From contig OZ024742.1 in the NCBI GenBank assembly GCA_964016885.1, positions 107,446,001-107,510,000 of the forward strand: 64,000 nucleotides of DNA, given 5' to 3'. The translations under genes were made by a program, and so were the position numbers. The notes below the pieces were generated by a model, which saw only the letters and a program-made list of their open reading frames with translations, was not told the DNA's origin and did not search any database. The DNA comes from Eledone cirrhosa. Lineage: Eukaryota. Below are positions 42,697 to 55,938 of the stretch, in pieces. Each line of letters starts with the position of its first letter. The first letter of the stretch is position 1.

Positions 42697-43142
42697 GTAG
42701 GTCATGTCTTATACTGTGTGTGTGAAGCCATATGACTTCGTGGTTAGGGTGTTTGGCTCATAATTGTAATGTTAGGAGTTCTATTCCATGTGATGTTGTA
42801 ATCTTGAGCAAGACACTTTCTTTCACATTGGCCAGTCCACTCAACTGACAAATTCAAAGGTCCAGCTTTGTCATGCAGTGTCATGTTGGATCTTTCTGAA
42901 AATTGTGTTATGGGTATATGTATTTGTGGAATGCTCAGCCACTTGCATGTTAATTTCCAAGCAGGCTGTTCTGTTGACACAACAATTGGAACAGACATAT
43001 CATTGTTTTTATATTCACTTTTCTGTGCTTGCATTTGTTGGACAAGAAGGTTTTTACAGCCTGATGCCCTTCCTGACACCAACCTTTTTAGTTGCCTCTT
43101 GTGACCTGCAGAGATACAATGTAACTATTCTAAAAACCTGTT

Positions 43143-44466
43143 CTTAGCCCTCTCCTATTCATCATAGTCCTGCAGGCAATAATGGAGGAGTTTAAGACCG
43201 GATGCTCACGGGAACTCCTGTATGCTGATGACCTCGCACTTATAGCTGAATCTATGGTAGAACTAGAGAAGAAATTTCAAACTTGGAAGCAGGGACTAGA
43301 AAGAAAGGGTCTCAAAGTCAACATGACAAAGACTAAGGTCCATGTAAGTAGACGAGAAAACAGAACCCAGATCCCCTCAGGGAAATGGCCTTGCTCAGTA
43401 TGTAGGAAAGGTGTAGGTAGGAACTCCATTCTCTGCCCCAAATGCAAACAATGGGTACACAAGAGATGTAGCGGGATCTCAGGAAGCTTAATTAAGAATG
43501 TAGGCTTCACATGCAGCAGCTGTACTGGGGCAGCAAACAGCCACAGGAAACAAGTACCACCAATCTCTGGGAGGGCTCTGTAGAGACAGTAGACAGCTTC
43601 TGCTACCTAGGTGACTGAATTAGCAGCGGAGGTGGGTGTTCAGAAAGTAGAATAACTAGGGTAAGAACGGGATGGAAGAAGTTCAGGGAACTACTGCCAC
43701 TGCTAGCTGCAAAAGGCTTCTCCCTCAAAATGAAAGGCAGACTGTATGATGCATGTATCCGAACAGCAATGTTACATGGTAGTGAGACCTGGGCGCTGAA
43801 GGTGGAAGACTTATGTAGATTAGAGAGAAACGAAGCCTGCATGCTCCGATGGATGTGTAATAGTAATATACGCGAACGACAAAGCATAAATGAATTGAGA
43901 GAGAGACTGAGCATAAGAGGAATCAAATGCTGTGTGCAGGTGAAGCGGTTGCGTTGGTATGGACATGTGATGTGTATGAAGGATGACAGCTGCATAAAAA
44001 GGTGCAGAGCACTAGAAGTCGATGGAAACCGCGGAGTGGGGAGACCCAAGATGACCTGGGATGAGGTGATAAAAGCCGACCTTACCCAATTACAAAGGCG
44101 ATGACACACGACCGTGACCTCTGGCGTCACGCAGTAATACAGAGTACCCGACCTCCCATGGGTACAAGCTGAAGCATATAGACAATATTTCCCCACACCC
44201 TCCCACTGCAAGATGGTCGTGGAGGTGCCACAGCAAAAAAGCACCCAGCCCACACTGTAAAGTGGACGTGTAGGCACCACAAAAAAGCACCCAGCACTCA
44301 CTGTAAATGAGGTTGGTGTTAGGAAGGGCATCCAGCTGTAGAAATCAAGCCAAATCAGTTGCTGTATGAGCAAGGCATGGTCAGCCGACCAGACACTGCC
44401 CACAACAGGACAACCCGTCTAACCCATGCTAGCGTGGAAGAACGAACGTAAAACGGTGATGATGAT
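43143..44466 (+). mobile_element. RTE LINE family A, 5'-truncated
   Basis: [37 protein letters not shown]...; nearly identical to 10026-11291. Confidence 0.93.
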
Positions 44467-45899
44467 ATGTATGTGTATATAAATTTCATTATTTTATTTT
44501 ATTTTTTTCCATACCTGGATTGGTTGGATAAGAATGCCATGCATTTGGCATACTTTTTCACCAACATTTTACAGCGTGGCCTATCATCTTCATAAAAAAA
44601 CTCCGCTGTGGGATGTATTGTTTACATGGCGGTACATAATCAAATGCCATTGTGTGTGTGTGTGTGTGTGTGTGTGAAGAAAAGGAAAAAAATGTTGACT
44701 AAACTAATTAACTTTCATTTAAATGATGATGTAAACTGCTTCAAATCTTAGTTCTGATCAAGCAGAAAATCAAATGCATCTGTAAATTAAAATGTTATAA
44801 CTGGTCTATTTGCTTTTTATAGCTAGATAGACTGAGATAGGTAGCTTATCTTGCTTAAAGACATGGTATCCAGTACTTCTAAAATACTTATTCATATATT
44901 TGAGTACCTCTAACAAAACTGACCTGCTTTCAGTTTGCCATATTTTCTCATCCCCATCCACTTGCTCCGCTTTAAGCCTTCTTTAATCTCTTAGCTTAGT
45001 GGCTATTGAGATCAAATTAATTCTTTATTGTCAATATTAATTTCTACACGACCATTATCAATATTGATATCCACTCTCCATCTGCAAAGTGATTTTGGAG
45101 TAAATACTATCTTTACTCTTGTATTATTTTAAAGTTAATCTGAGATTATCCCTTTCTGATTAGCCATTGCTTGTAGATCTGATGATAGTTAATTTTTCTG
45201 TTAGTCAGCTCTGTTGTCTAATGTTTTATGTGTAAAGTAGGTGAGTAGGTTTTAATCTTAATTAATCCAACATAAATGTATGTTGAGTCTGTTGGAATAG
45301 CTTATTCTGAAAGCTTTCATTTACTCACGTGGGTATGTGCACATATGCATCTAACCATTTTTTCATCTCATCGTACATCTGTACTGTATTTTAGATTAAA
45401 GTAAAATTGTATATTGAAAACTACCATATACTTTATTATTTATTCATTCATCATCTGTTTAACAGCTATTTTCTTTAGGTTGTCATGAACTGAAACAAAG
45501 CCGGTCAGGTGACCATGTCTTGCTCATATGCACTGTTTTGGCTTGGTTTCCATGGCTGGATGCCCTTCCTAACACTAACTACTTTACAGTGTGTACTTGG
45601 AGTATTTTGTTGTGGCATCAATTGCTTTTTATCGTGGCACCAGCACAACCACTTTACAGTGTAGACTGGGTACTTTTTATTGTGGCATCAGCACTACAGC
45701 CTCTGAGATTGAGAGGGAGATTTTATATTATAATATTGGGTTAGACAGAAAGCTCCTGCTGCTTTTCAAAAGGAGGTATTTTGGTAGTTTTTCTGTAAAT
45801 TTTGATGGTTGTGTATGCACAAATGTGATGTTGGTATGCACTGTGTGCATTTCTCATTTTCAATTACACCGTCAAATTGGAAGCAACATGGATCTATCC

Positions 45900-46625
45900 A
45901 AATCGTTTATTTGTGGCTGTTTACTTTGACTTCAAATCTGACCTAAGTTCAGCAGCAGTGTCTAAGCTGGACCAATGAATTATCCCATAATCTGACTGAC
46001 CGTAATCATGAATATCGGGCTGCAGCTGTGACTTTTCTGCTCTCCTACCATCACACAACTAACTGGTTATGTTCTGTTGTCACTGGCAATAAAAAATGTT
46101 GTCTCTGCATTAATGACAAGCACAAATGGCCGTGGGTTGATAAAGAGAGTGTACCACAATGCCAAGCAAAGGCTGGCCTCTACACCCGCAAGGCCCTACT
46201 GAAGTGTCTTCCACTATGAGTTGCTCCTACTGAACATTAGCATTACTTGATGTTTATTGCCAACAACTTGACAAATTAGCCACAGAAATTGGACATGTGC
46301 ACTCACACCATGGTCCTGTTTGATTCCTTCATGATAATGCTTGGCTGCATACATCAAGGATGACCTGTGAGAAGCTGCTGGAACTAGGTTGGGAAGTTCT
46401 GCCCCACCTGCCGTATTCGCCTGACCTCACACCTACAGATTATCACTTTTTTTTCTCAATGAGCATTGCAATGCAAAGACCCTTCACCTATGAATGAAGA
46501 CCAGTTAAATCAGTGACTGACAGAATTCTTTGCATCAAAGCCACAAGAATTCTACAGATATGGAATCATGTGCCTTCCTAAATGACGGCAGATGGTAATT
46601 GCAAAGATTGCAATTATTTCGACTT
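45900..46625 (+). mobile_element. Degraded mariner (Tc1/mariner) transposase
   Basis: VVTGNKKC (cf. IVTGDEKW), YCQQLDKL, FLHDNA, KLLELGWEVLPHLPYSPDLTPTDYHFF. Confidence 0.85.
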
Positions 46626-47154
46626 GTAGAATTTTCCTAATGTTAAAAAATGCCAAAGTCAATAAAAATAAAGTGTTTACTGGGCTAGTATCGATTTTGA
46701 AGGCGAGTGTTCCAATTGTTTGATTAACAGAATGGCCTGCTTGTGAAATTAATGTGCAAGTGGTTGAGTATTCCACAGACATTTGTACCTTTAATGTAAT
46801 TCTCGAGGAGATTCACGATCCTCTGACCTGATCTCTCACAAAGGGACAGCCTGCCCTAGTGTGGAAAATAAACGTTAAATGATGATGATGATTCAGTATG
46901 ACATAGTGTAACAAGGTTGGCTATTTGAATGATGGATACAACCCATTTGACAGGCTTCCAAACAGTTTCCACCTAGCCAATTTCAGTTACAAGACCTGCA
47001 TCAACAATAAGGCTATGGTAAATGACACTTGCCCAAGATATCACACAGTGGGATTGAACCTGAGACCTAATGATTGCAAAGCAAACTCTTTAACCATTCA
47101 GCCATGCAAATATATATATATATATATATATATATTTTGTTTGTTTGTTTACAG

Positions 47155-47200
47155 AATTGCTGCATTATCATTGACAGATTTTGAAAGGAATCTTAATACG
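47155..47200 (+). CDS. nudE: nudE 46-nt mini-exon
   Basis: tttacag|a acceptor and acg|gtaagt donor. (R)IAALSLTDFERNLNT matches the family motif SL.DFE..LN. Phases fit both neighbours. Confidence 0.9.
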
Positions 47201-49411
47201 GTAAGTTTTCATTTCTCATTCCCATGTTTAATATATGAATGTAACGAGCAGAGAGGAACTAGATATAAGATTCTTTTATGGTTTCACTTTGACCTTTTCT
47301 TGTTAACGTAGGGTGGATGATGGAGTAAAATTCACACATTTCTATGAATTATTGGAGCAAGTATTTATAGTTAAAAGCCTATCTATACGGCATTGAAGTT
47401 GCAATGGCTACTTGGTTGCTAATATCTCAACATGGAAAAGGAAAACAGCATCTGTTTTGCATATCTTTTTTTTTATGCAAACAGTTAATATTACCTAATT
47501 GCCAGTCATTAAAATCTCAAATAGAATGCTTTGTGATATTCGTTCCAGCTCTCTGCTCTCAATTCCTGCTGAGGTTAACTTTGCCTTTCGTTTTTTTGAT
47601 GTTCTGTATGAAGGTCAATTATTCCTCTATATGTCTTTCTCATTTCCTCTCACGCTCTCACTCACTCTCCTTTTCCAGAAGAAATCTGTGTTCAAACCTG
47701 GAGAGGTGATGGACTCTGCTAAGTTTAAAATGCTCAAGATAATGCCCCAATGACTTCATTATGAGTTAAGGGTTCATACATACAATATACCTATATTAAG
47801 GATGCGATGTAGATAATTATAGCATTATACAATGGTATTCTGAGAATGTTTGCTCCACACTATATAGTGATCACTTGTGATCTGTTGCTAATGTTAACAA
47901 AACTCCTTATTCTATACATAATTTGGTTTGACATGTATCCATATTTGGATGTTTAAGGGCTTTTCTAATACCAATCAATCCTTTTGTTAAGGAATTTGTT
48001 GTTATTCACATGTCAGCTCTGTCCATGCAGGTTTATGGAATAGAGGTAGCATTTTGACATATCATAATTATATAGATGTACTGTCTGCTTTGATAACTGT
48101 AACTCAACTTGTGTTTTTGTTTGGTTAATGAATGCAGCATCATTCAACAGCACTTTTCTTATATCCAATTTTCCATTCCTGCATTGGCTAGACGGGATGT
48201 TTTACAGCTGGATGCCCTCCCTGATGCTATTCCCTTTAGTCACCCTGCACAATATGCAGGAATTGTGGTTGTAGCTGGCCCTCGATCATTTCCAATGACA
48301 AGTGCTCCAGTTGATTCAATCATTGTAACAGCCTGTTTGTGAAATTAATGTGTAAGTGGCTGAGAATTCCATAGACATGCACACCCATAATGTTCTCAGG
48401 GAGATTTAGCATGAGTGGACTGGAGCAATGTAAAATAAAATATCTTGCTCAAGAACACAACATACAACCTAGTCTGGGAATCAAACTCACAATCCTATAA
48501 TCGTGAGCTGAATGCCCTAACCACTAATCCATACACCTGCATACGACACACAGCGTTACAGTGTGCTTATTCTAAAAACTGGGATGCATATGACATAACT
48601 CGAAAATAAAATTGCAGTGTGCTGGTTAATTATGGCAGAGAAAGGAAAACTAAGGAAAATGCGGGAAGAAGTTAGTAGTGTGACACACTAGTGTGTCACA
48701 AGAGAAGATCATATCTGAAGATATTTGACTTGCCAGATAAGATGGCACAGAATTTTACTGTACTATGGGACTGTTCAGCTGATAGAAAGATACTTGTTGA
48801 AACAACAATGATGATAGTGATGAATTTAGGCATTGCAATCTTATGTCTGTTCTAAAATTTAGACTTGAAAATATGTGCATCTTGTTTTAAAGATGGTGAA
48901 ACTTTTAGTTTTTAAAAAATGATCTGGTTGTTGTTATATTGAGTAGGATCAATAATTACTTAATGCTCCCTCTTCGTCTCTTAACACCCATTCTTTAACT
49001 TGTAACATCCTGTAATGATTCAGCAGAAAATATTTAAAAACAAATTTGTTAATTCAAATGCTTATAGTATCTTTACTTGTGGACAGAATTTGAAGATTTG
49101 CATGCAGTTTTAAAGTAAAAATTAATTTTTAATGGGTTGTAGTCATTGTACTGTTTTGTACTTTTTTCAAGAATGTCTTACTAATGTGAATTCATGTGGT
49201 ACAGGACATAAATAGTTTTAGTCTAGATTGACTCCAGTAATGCACCATAACACTTGGGATTAGTCTACACTTCATCTGTTCCTTCTGAGTATATTGTCAG
49301 AATGACTTAATGTTTTAATGTTCTCCACTACCCTTCACATATCAGCTATTAATTTTGATAGGATGTAATTTATTCCACTGATCTCTTATGTTAAATGTTC
49401 TTTCTTTATAG

Positions 49412-49502
49412 GCTTTGGAGAGGAATGTTTTCCTTGAGAATGAACTAGATGGCAAAGAAATTCTCAGAGAATCTATTCAGAGGTTAAAAGATGAAGCAAG
49501 AG
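49412..49502 (+). CDS. nudE: nudE exon
   Basis: tttatag| acceptor and g|gtaaat donor. [30 protein letters not shown] matches recalled [25 protein letters not shown]. Confidence 0.95.
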
Positions 49503-50550
49503 GTAAATGTTTTGTTGTTCCCACTAATCTAGTCCAGTTTTCACAAATTTCTCACACAAAATTGGAATTTGTATTGTCAAAGACATGACAACCTTCTTAG
49601 TAATGATGATAAAATGTACTCAGAACATTCTGTAAAGTGATTGGTGATAGGGAGGGCCATTCAATTGAATAAAACTTGCTAAATAAAAGTTGAGTGCTCT
49701 CTTCAGTTCAGTTGTGTTAAGGATGTGACAATCTCTCTAGTATTGGTGCCATGATAAAATGTCTTCAGTACACTGTGCCGTGGCTGGTGATAGGAAGCTC
49801 ATCCAGCTGTAGAAAACTTGCCAAAGGGTTGAGAGGATTTTTTGGTTGTGTCAAGGACATGACCATCCTCCCTAGTGCTGGTGCCAGGATAAAATGAACC
49901 CAGCTCACTCTGAGAGGCCAGTAACTTCGATTAAATACTGACTTTGTCTTTGATGACCCATCTAACCCTTGATATCAAGGAAAAATGATGGACTTAATAA
50001 ATTCTCAAAAAAAAAAAGAGAAGAGAATATGTAGTTGTTAACTGACAGTGCAGCAGAGTAGGAAGCGGGATAGCACCACTACAAACAATAACAGCAACAC
50101 CAAAGGTTAACGATGATAACAGGCCAAGTGGTAAGAACAAGTGTTGTCTTCCCCTGGAGGGCACACATTCCTTTTTGGCCAAATCCTCGTCAATGTTTTC
50201 AAGTTCCATTTAGAGATGATGGAGAGATAGGTGGTATCTTCCAGTATATTTGTTGAAAGGTGAATGAATTAGCCCTCTTCTCACATGTACATGCAAATTT
50301 GAAAATACAGCTGGAAGAGGGCGCTTGCTTATTCCTGGTAGTACGGTCAATCTTGGGTCTGTGGGGTCCTTTGATTGGCTCTAGGTGGTCCTCCTCTCTA
50401 AGGACTTAATTTATTTGTATACCGTTTATACCATTACTCTTTTTAATCCATCCAATTCCTTTGTAAACCCTACACTCTTTGTAACTTGTCCCTGTAATGT
50501 TCTGAGTTCAAATCCTGTTGAGGTTGAACCTTTCTTTCGTCCCTCTACAG

Positions 50551-50695
50551 CAGGCACAGGCAACCCTTTTTGAACAGTGGGCCAAATGAGATATAGCTCT
50601 TTATATGGCGAGTCACATGACTAAAAAAAATTCACAGTAATTTTTCATTAGGCATGCCATTCAGACATAAGTGAGGTGCATTTTGCTCATGGCTG
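50551..50695. mobile_element. hAT-type MITE with 8-bp TSD CTCTACAG, nested in a SINE type 2 remnant
   Basis: CAGGCACAGGCAA ... TTGCTCATGGCTG imperfect TIRs; CTCTACAG at 50543-50550 and 50696-50703. Confidence 0.75.
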
Positions 50696-50802
50696 CTCTA
50701 CAGGTTAATTCAATCAACTATGCTCCTTCCCTGCAAATTTGAGCCAGTCATAGAAATCAATATATGTATTAAAGTGGATTTAAACATTTTTATTTCTAAT
50801 AG

Positions 50803-51024
50803 ATTTACGGAATGAATTAAAAGTAAAAGGCATGAAATTTGCTTCCTCCCCTGAGCATTCGTCGACACCTGACCTCCCTAGCAGCAGTGGCACAGAATGT
50901 GTATCAGTGACATCAACACCTTCTTCTTCAGACAATAGTCGGACACCTTCAGCAATGTCTGATAACAGTGCAAACCCAAACAGTGCAGAAAACTCATCTA
51001 CATCTACAGCAACAACAAACAAAG
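50803..51024 (+). CDS. nudE: nudE exon (end of coiled coil plus Ser/Thr-rich linker)
   Basis: taatag| acceptor and g|gtaagg donor. (D)LRNELKVK..SSPEHSSTPD..STPS..RTPS..TNK(G); phase 1 on both sides. Confidence 0.88.
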
Positions 51025-53344
51025 GTAAGGATTAATCCATATTTTAAAATCCTTTTCATACATAGACACTCAGCTCTGGTGTTTTGTCACTGTTGGTTTG
51101 AGTAAAACTGGAAACCCATGTTTAACTTTCTCCATGCTCTCTCATTATGTCTGTTAAATACAGTCTTCTTAATCATGTTATTTTATTTCTGTTGTTGCTT
51201 ATATACTCTTAGTTTATATCCTGCCATGGCAACACTTTGTCTAGTGTTGGTGTTGACGCTTATGTCTAACTCTCTCTCTCCCCTCTCTTACTCATGTTAT
51301 ATTATTATTGTTACTGTTGGTTTTATTCTGGCTCAGTCAACTTTTTCCTTTCATCTCACCTTGGGGTGATAAATCGAGTATTAATACAATTCACTATGCC
51401 TCACACTCTCCAAATATGGCCTTTTGTCATTATAAAAAGAAATAATTCTTAAAGTTGTTGTATCAATTTTGTAGTTTTGTTAGATTAATTCTCTAATTCA
51501 ATTATTTTTGCCCTCTTTTCTCTGAAGGTAGCAGGAGTCTCTGATTCATAAGTTCTGATAATTAATTCAGGTTTGTAGGGCTTAAAAAATCCTCTTATCT
51601 AACCCCACTAAAGTTTCTCTTCAAAATTTTCATCTAGAAATTGCTAAAACAATTTTTTGGTATATTTCCAGAGCAATGACAAACTAGTTACCTAGGAATT
51701 GTTTTTATAATCACTACATTGGTTTGTGTTTCCCATTTTGTAGTTAGTGGAATGTTAACCTTGTTGATACCAACACGCTCAAAACCATCACAGGTTCTTT
51801 AATTCAAATACAGTGTATTTTATTAGAAATATGGTAATGAAAAGGTTAAGAGATTACATTATGATGTGTAATCTTTAATCAAAAGATGATGATAGAAGAA
51901 CTTAAATAATTGCTGATTGTCCTTTACTAACTACATTCTTGTGATTCACCTTTCTGTCTGTAGACATAGTATCATTATCATCATGTTTAAAGGTATTACA
52001 TGTAGCTTTATTATGTTAACTCCTCTTTGTTGTTATATATGTCCAAGACTAGCCTTAATCTTACAAATGTCTTTATATCCACCCTTCAATCTGAGTTTAA
52101 GACCAAGGCTATGTATAGTTTTCTACCTTAGCCCAACCAAAAATATTCACAAATTACAAAGAATAGAAAGTGGTTGGCATTAGGAAGGGCATCCAGCCAT
52201 AGAAACCAAGCCCCCAAAAAACAAACTGTATGAGCAAGACTTAGTCACCTGACTGATCTAGCCTTAGTAGGTGACAGCCCTTCTAATCTATGCAAACATG
52301 GAAAATAGATGTTAAACAGTGATGATGATGAGAGGGAGGAAATCTGGTGTATTTTTATAGTTATAGGTCCTCAGCTGGCAAGTTTACAGGAACATGAACT
52401 TTTGTAGTACTATTATAAGAGACAGGTAGAGGATAGAGCATGTCAGTGTTCTAGTGGTTGCAATGTGTTGGATGGAGTTTTATTGAAATAATGACTAGGC
52501 CTTAAGACACTTTATTGAAATAGAATTGTCTTTTAATGTTCAAGTGTCACCAAGGATTGGCAGAACTATTAGAGTGACAGATAAAGTGTCACTGCAGTAT
52601 TTGTTCTGGCTCTACATTTTGAATTCAAATCCTGCTGAGGTCAATTTTGCCCTTCATCCTTCTGGTGTTAATAAAGTGTCGATCAAGTAGAGTTGGTTTA
52701 ATCAACTTGGCCCTTCCCCTCAAATTTGCTGGTCTTGTGTCTTAATTAGAAATTGTCACCACGAGAATACCAGTTTTATCGAAATATTTCTACTTTGACG
52801 TTAAATGTGAAGATATTGTTCCATTAAACAGATGAAGTCTCTTAAATGAGTTTAGAAATTATTTGATTTTAATAATTGTTACTGTGTTGAAGCCACTAAC
52901 TTATGGTTGTTTGAACTTTTCATTTAGTCTTTCTTACTTCCTTCCCACCCATTTTTGTTTTACTCGTTCTGAATTTGAGGATTTTACTAACAGCTAGTAT
53001 AGCATTTCTTCTTTTATTTTCTGCATGTTATTCTTGCTGTGCTTATTCTGAAATATTATGTAATTATTCCATTTGTTAGTTTCTGGTTGTCGTTGCCACT
53101 CTCCCTACAATTCCTTTTTATTATCAGAACACGTCTGTTATATTGATGTTTTATGTTGAGAAATCTAACAAATGTTTACAAATATTTCATGTAAAAAATT
53201 TTAAAAGAGATAGATAGAGAGGGGTGGGTGATAATCTATTACTAGGAAAGGTTCTTTGTTGAAAGTTTCTTTCTGGATTCTTTCATCTTTGTTTTGATTT
53301 ATAGTTTAGAAAGTTGTATGTAAATTGGTTTCTACATGTGACAT

Positions 53345-54625
53345 ACTTATCCACCAGCAAAGTTAGAAGCAACAATGAATACAGTGAGGAATTCAGTGTA
53401 CAGGTGGGGGTTCACCAAAGTCCCATCCTTAGCCCCCCACCCCCATTATTGTCCTACAGGCTATAACAGAGGAAGACAGAATTAGAGAATAAATTTTAGA
53501 CATGGAGGAACAACTTGGAAACAAGAGGTCTCAAAAGGCAACCTGACCAAGATCAAAATCCTTATGAGCAGTAGAGGAAACAGAGCTTTGATACCCCCCC
53601 CCCCGGAAATGGCCCTGCTATGTATGTAGGAAAGGGCTAGCTAGGCAGAAATTCTATCCAGTTGTCCAAATGCTGACGGTGGGTACACAAGAGATGTAGT
53701 GGGAAAATAGGCAGGTTAGCAAAAGACACTGACTTTATATGTGAACTTTGTGCAGGAGTAGTAGGCAAAAACCTTCAGATAGCATGCCCCTTCAATTGCA
53801 CTGAAGACACCATAGAAATAGTTAGTAACTTCTGCTATCTGGGGGACCAAATTAGCTGTGGATGTGGCTGTGCAGAAAGTACAGTCACGGGAGTAAGAAC
53901 AGGTTGGAAAAAGTTCAGCTGAATGAGAATGCACGGGAGGAAGATTGTCTGCTCCAAGTGGACCCAACAGAGGGATCAATTGCAAAAGTCAGGGACAGTG
54001 TAGCAAGGCAATTAAAGGATATGAAGACAGGTGAAACAGCTGGACCATCGGGGATAGTTGCTGAGATGCTGAAACCATCTGGAATGGTGGATCACACCTT
54101 ATTTACTCGTATTCTAAACCAAGTAATACAGAATAGTGTTGTACGCAATGTCTGGCATAGCAGTATTATCATCAACTGCTACAAGGGCAAAGGAGGTGCT
54201 CTAGTCAAAGAAAACAATAGATGCATCAAGTTGATGGACCAGGTTATGAAGGTTGCAGAAAGAGTTGGAGCACAGCTGATCAGGGACCAAATTAACCTAG
54301 ATGAGATGCAGTTCGGATCTGTGTCAGGTAAAAGTACCACTGATGCCATTTTGTGAGGCAAATGCAGGAGAAGTACCTAGCTAAAAGTAAGACCCTCCAC
54401 TTGTCATTTGTTGACCTGGAGAAAGCTTTTGATAGTTTCCTATTCCATAATCTGATGGGTTCTTAGAAAACTAGGGGTAGGTAAGGAGCTTGTGAAGGCA
54501 GGACAAGCCATGTACAAAGGAGCAGTTAGCAAGGTTAGAATTTAGCATGCAAGTAGGAGTCCATTAGGACTCCATTCTTAGTCCTTTCCTATTCATTATC
54601 ATCCTACAATCTATAACAGAAGATT
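53345..54625 (+). mobile_element. Two degraded RTE RT fragments in permuted order
   Basis: 53345-53920 runs from KVR..NEYSEEF..GVHQ to GWKKF. 53930-54625 carries the upstream region (AGPSGIVAEML, QFG..GKSTTDA, FVDLEKAFD). Confidence 0.8.
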
Positions 54626-55237
54626 AGGTCTGAAGGAAAAACAAGTGAGATGAGAATGTTCTAAGGAGGAGGGATTTGACAATATTTTTTTAAAGGATTT
54701 TAGAGATGAGGTGGAGCAGGGATGAGATTATATAGTGAGTTTTAGTGGAATTAAGGCAGTTATAGTGTGTTTATATAAGAAAATGTTACGTTTGTGTATT
54801 ACGTTTGAAAATTTTAAATATTGATTTAGAGTAAATAACAGCAAATGCATTCCAACAGCATACTCTGCATTTTTGATGATAGTATTGGAATATGCATGCA
54901 GTTAAGGTTGAAGAGGGGTACTTCTACTGCGATATTGTTTAGTTTGGTGAGGGGTTGACTGATTGAAATTAACTTACAAAGTGAAATATAGAAGGTGTAA
55001 AATCTTTAATGCAGTTATTAAGACCTTGTCTCATGCACCTGTTTAATTATTTGGCTGGGAATGTTCAGCTTAATTGTGGTTATTTCATATTTCCTAAGTC
55101 CTCCATATTGCTGTTTCAATAACAAAACCAAACCAAAGGGAAAAGAAATACAAATAAAGAATGAAAGAAAAAAATGCCTTGCTGCCTTCCAGCTAATGTT
55201 CATTTTTGCCAATGTTTTCAACTGTTTGCACTTGCAG

Positions 55238-55308
55238 GCTCTGTCATCTCCTCGGCTGCCCGAATCTCAGCTCTTTCCATTGTAGGAGATTTGTTGCAGA
55301 AAGTTGGT
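55238..55308 (+). CDS. nudE: nudE exon (C-terminal helix region)
   Basis: ttgcag| acceptor and ggt|gtaagt donor. (G)SVISSAARISALSIVGDLLQKVG matches recalled ARISALNIVGDLLRKVG. Confidence 0.95.
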
Positions 55309-55865
55309 GTAAGTAGCTTGACACTTTACTAACCCTTTACATTATTAACTCTCTTTTACTTTCACTCACAACATTCACATCCTCTTTGTTGTTGAATGTT
55401 ATTTCACTTATCTATTCTATTTGTCTATATATTTTTATTTCTTTATTTTGCAGGCATGATTATTATCAAATTCTTTGTTTTGATTCACATCTGTTATCTG
55501 TCTAAATTAACTAGTAATTTTCTTATATTGTTCATGTAACCTATAGACATTTGATTAATGCACTTGTAATTTTTTTTTTTGTTGCTTTTATTCTCTGGAA
55601 AGCTAATGCAATGTTAACTTGATTCCAAAACAGCTTCAACAAAATGTCATTCTTTAATTTAAAGTAGATATTTCAGCTAAGTTACAATGTAGTTGAAGAT
55701 TAACAATTTCTCTTTGCATTTCTAATGTCTGAGTGGTATATTGTAAATAAATGGTAGAGTAAGCAATTGCAATGCTGCATATATAGGGAATAATTGCATC
55801 ACACAGTGATATCATCTCTTTCGAAACAAAATCTAACCAGTTAAATAAATGTTTATACCATTATT

Positions 55866-55938
<73 letters not shown>

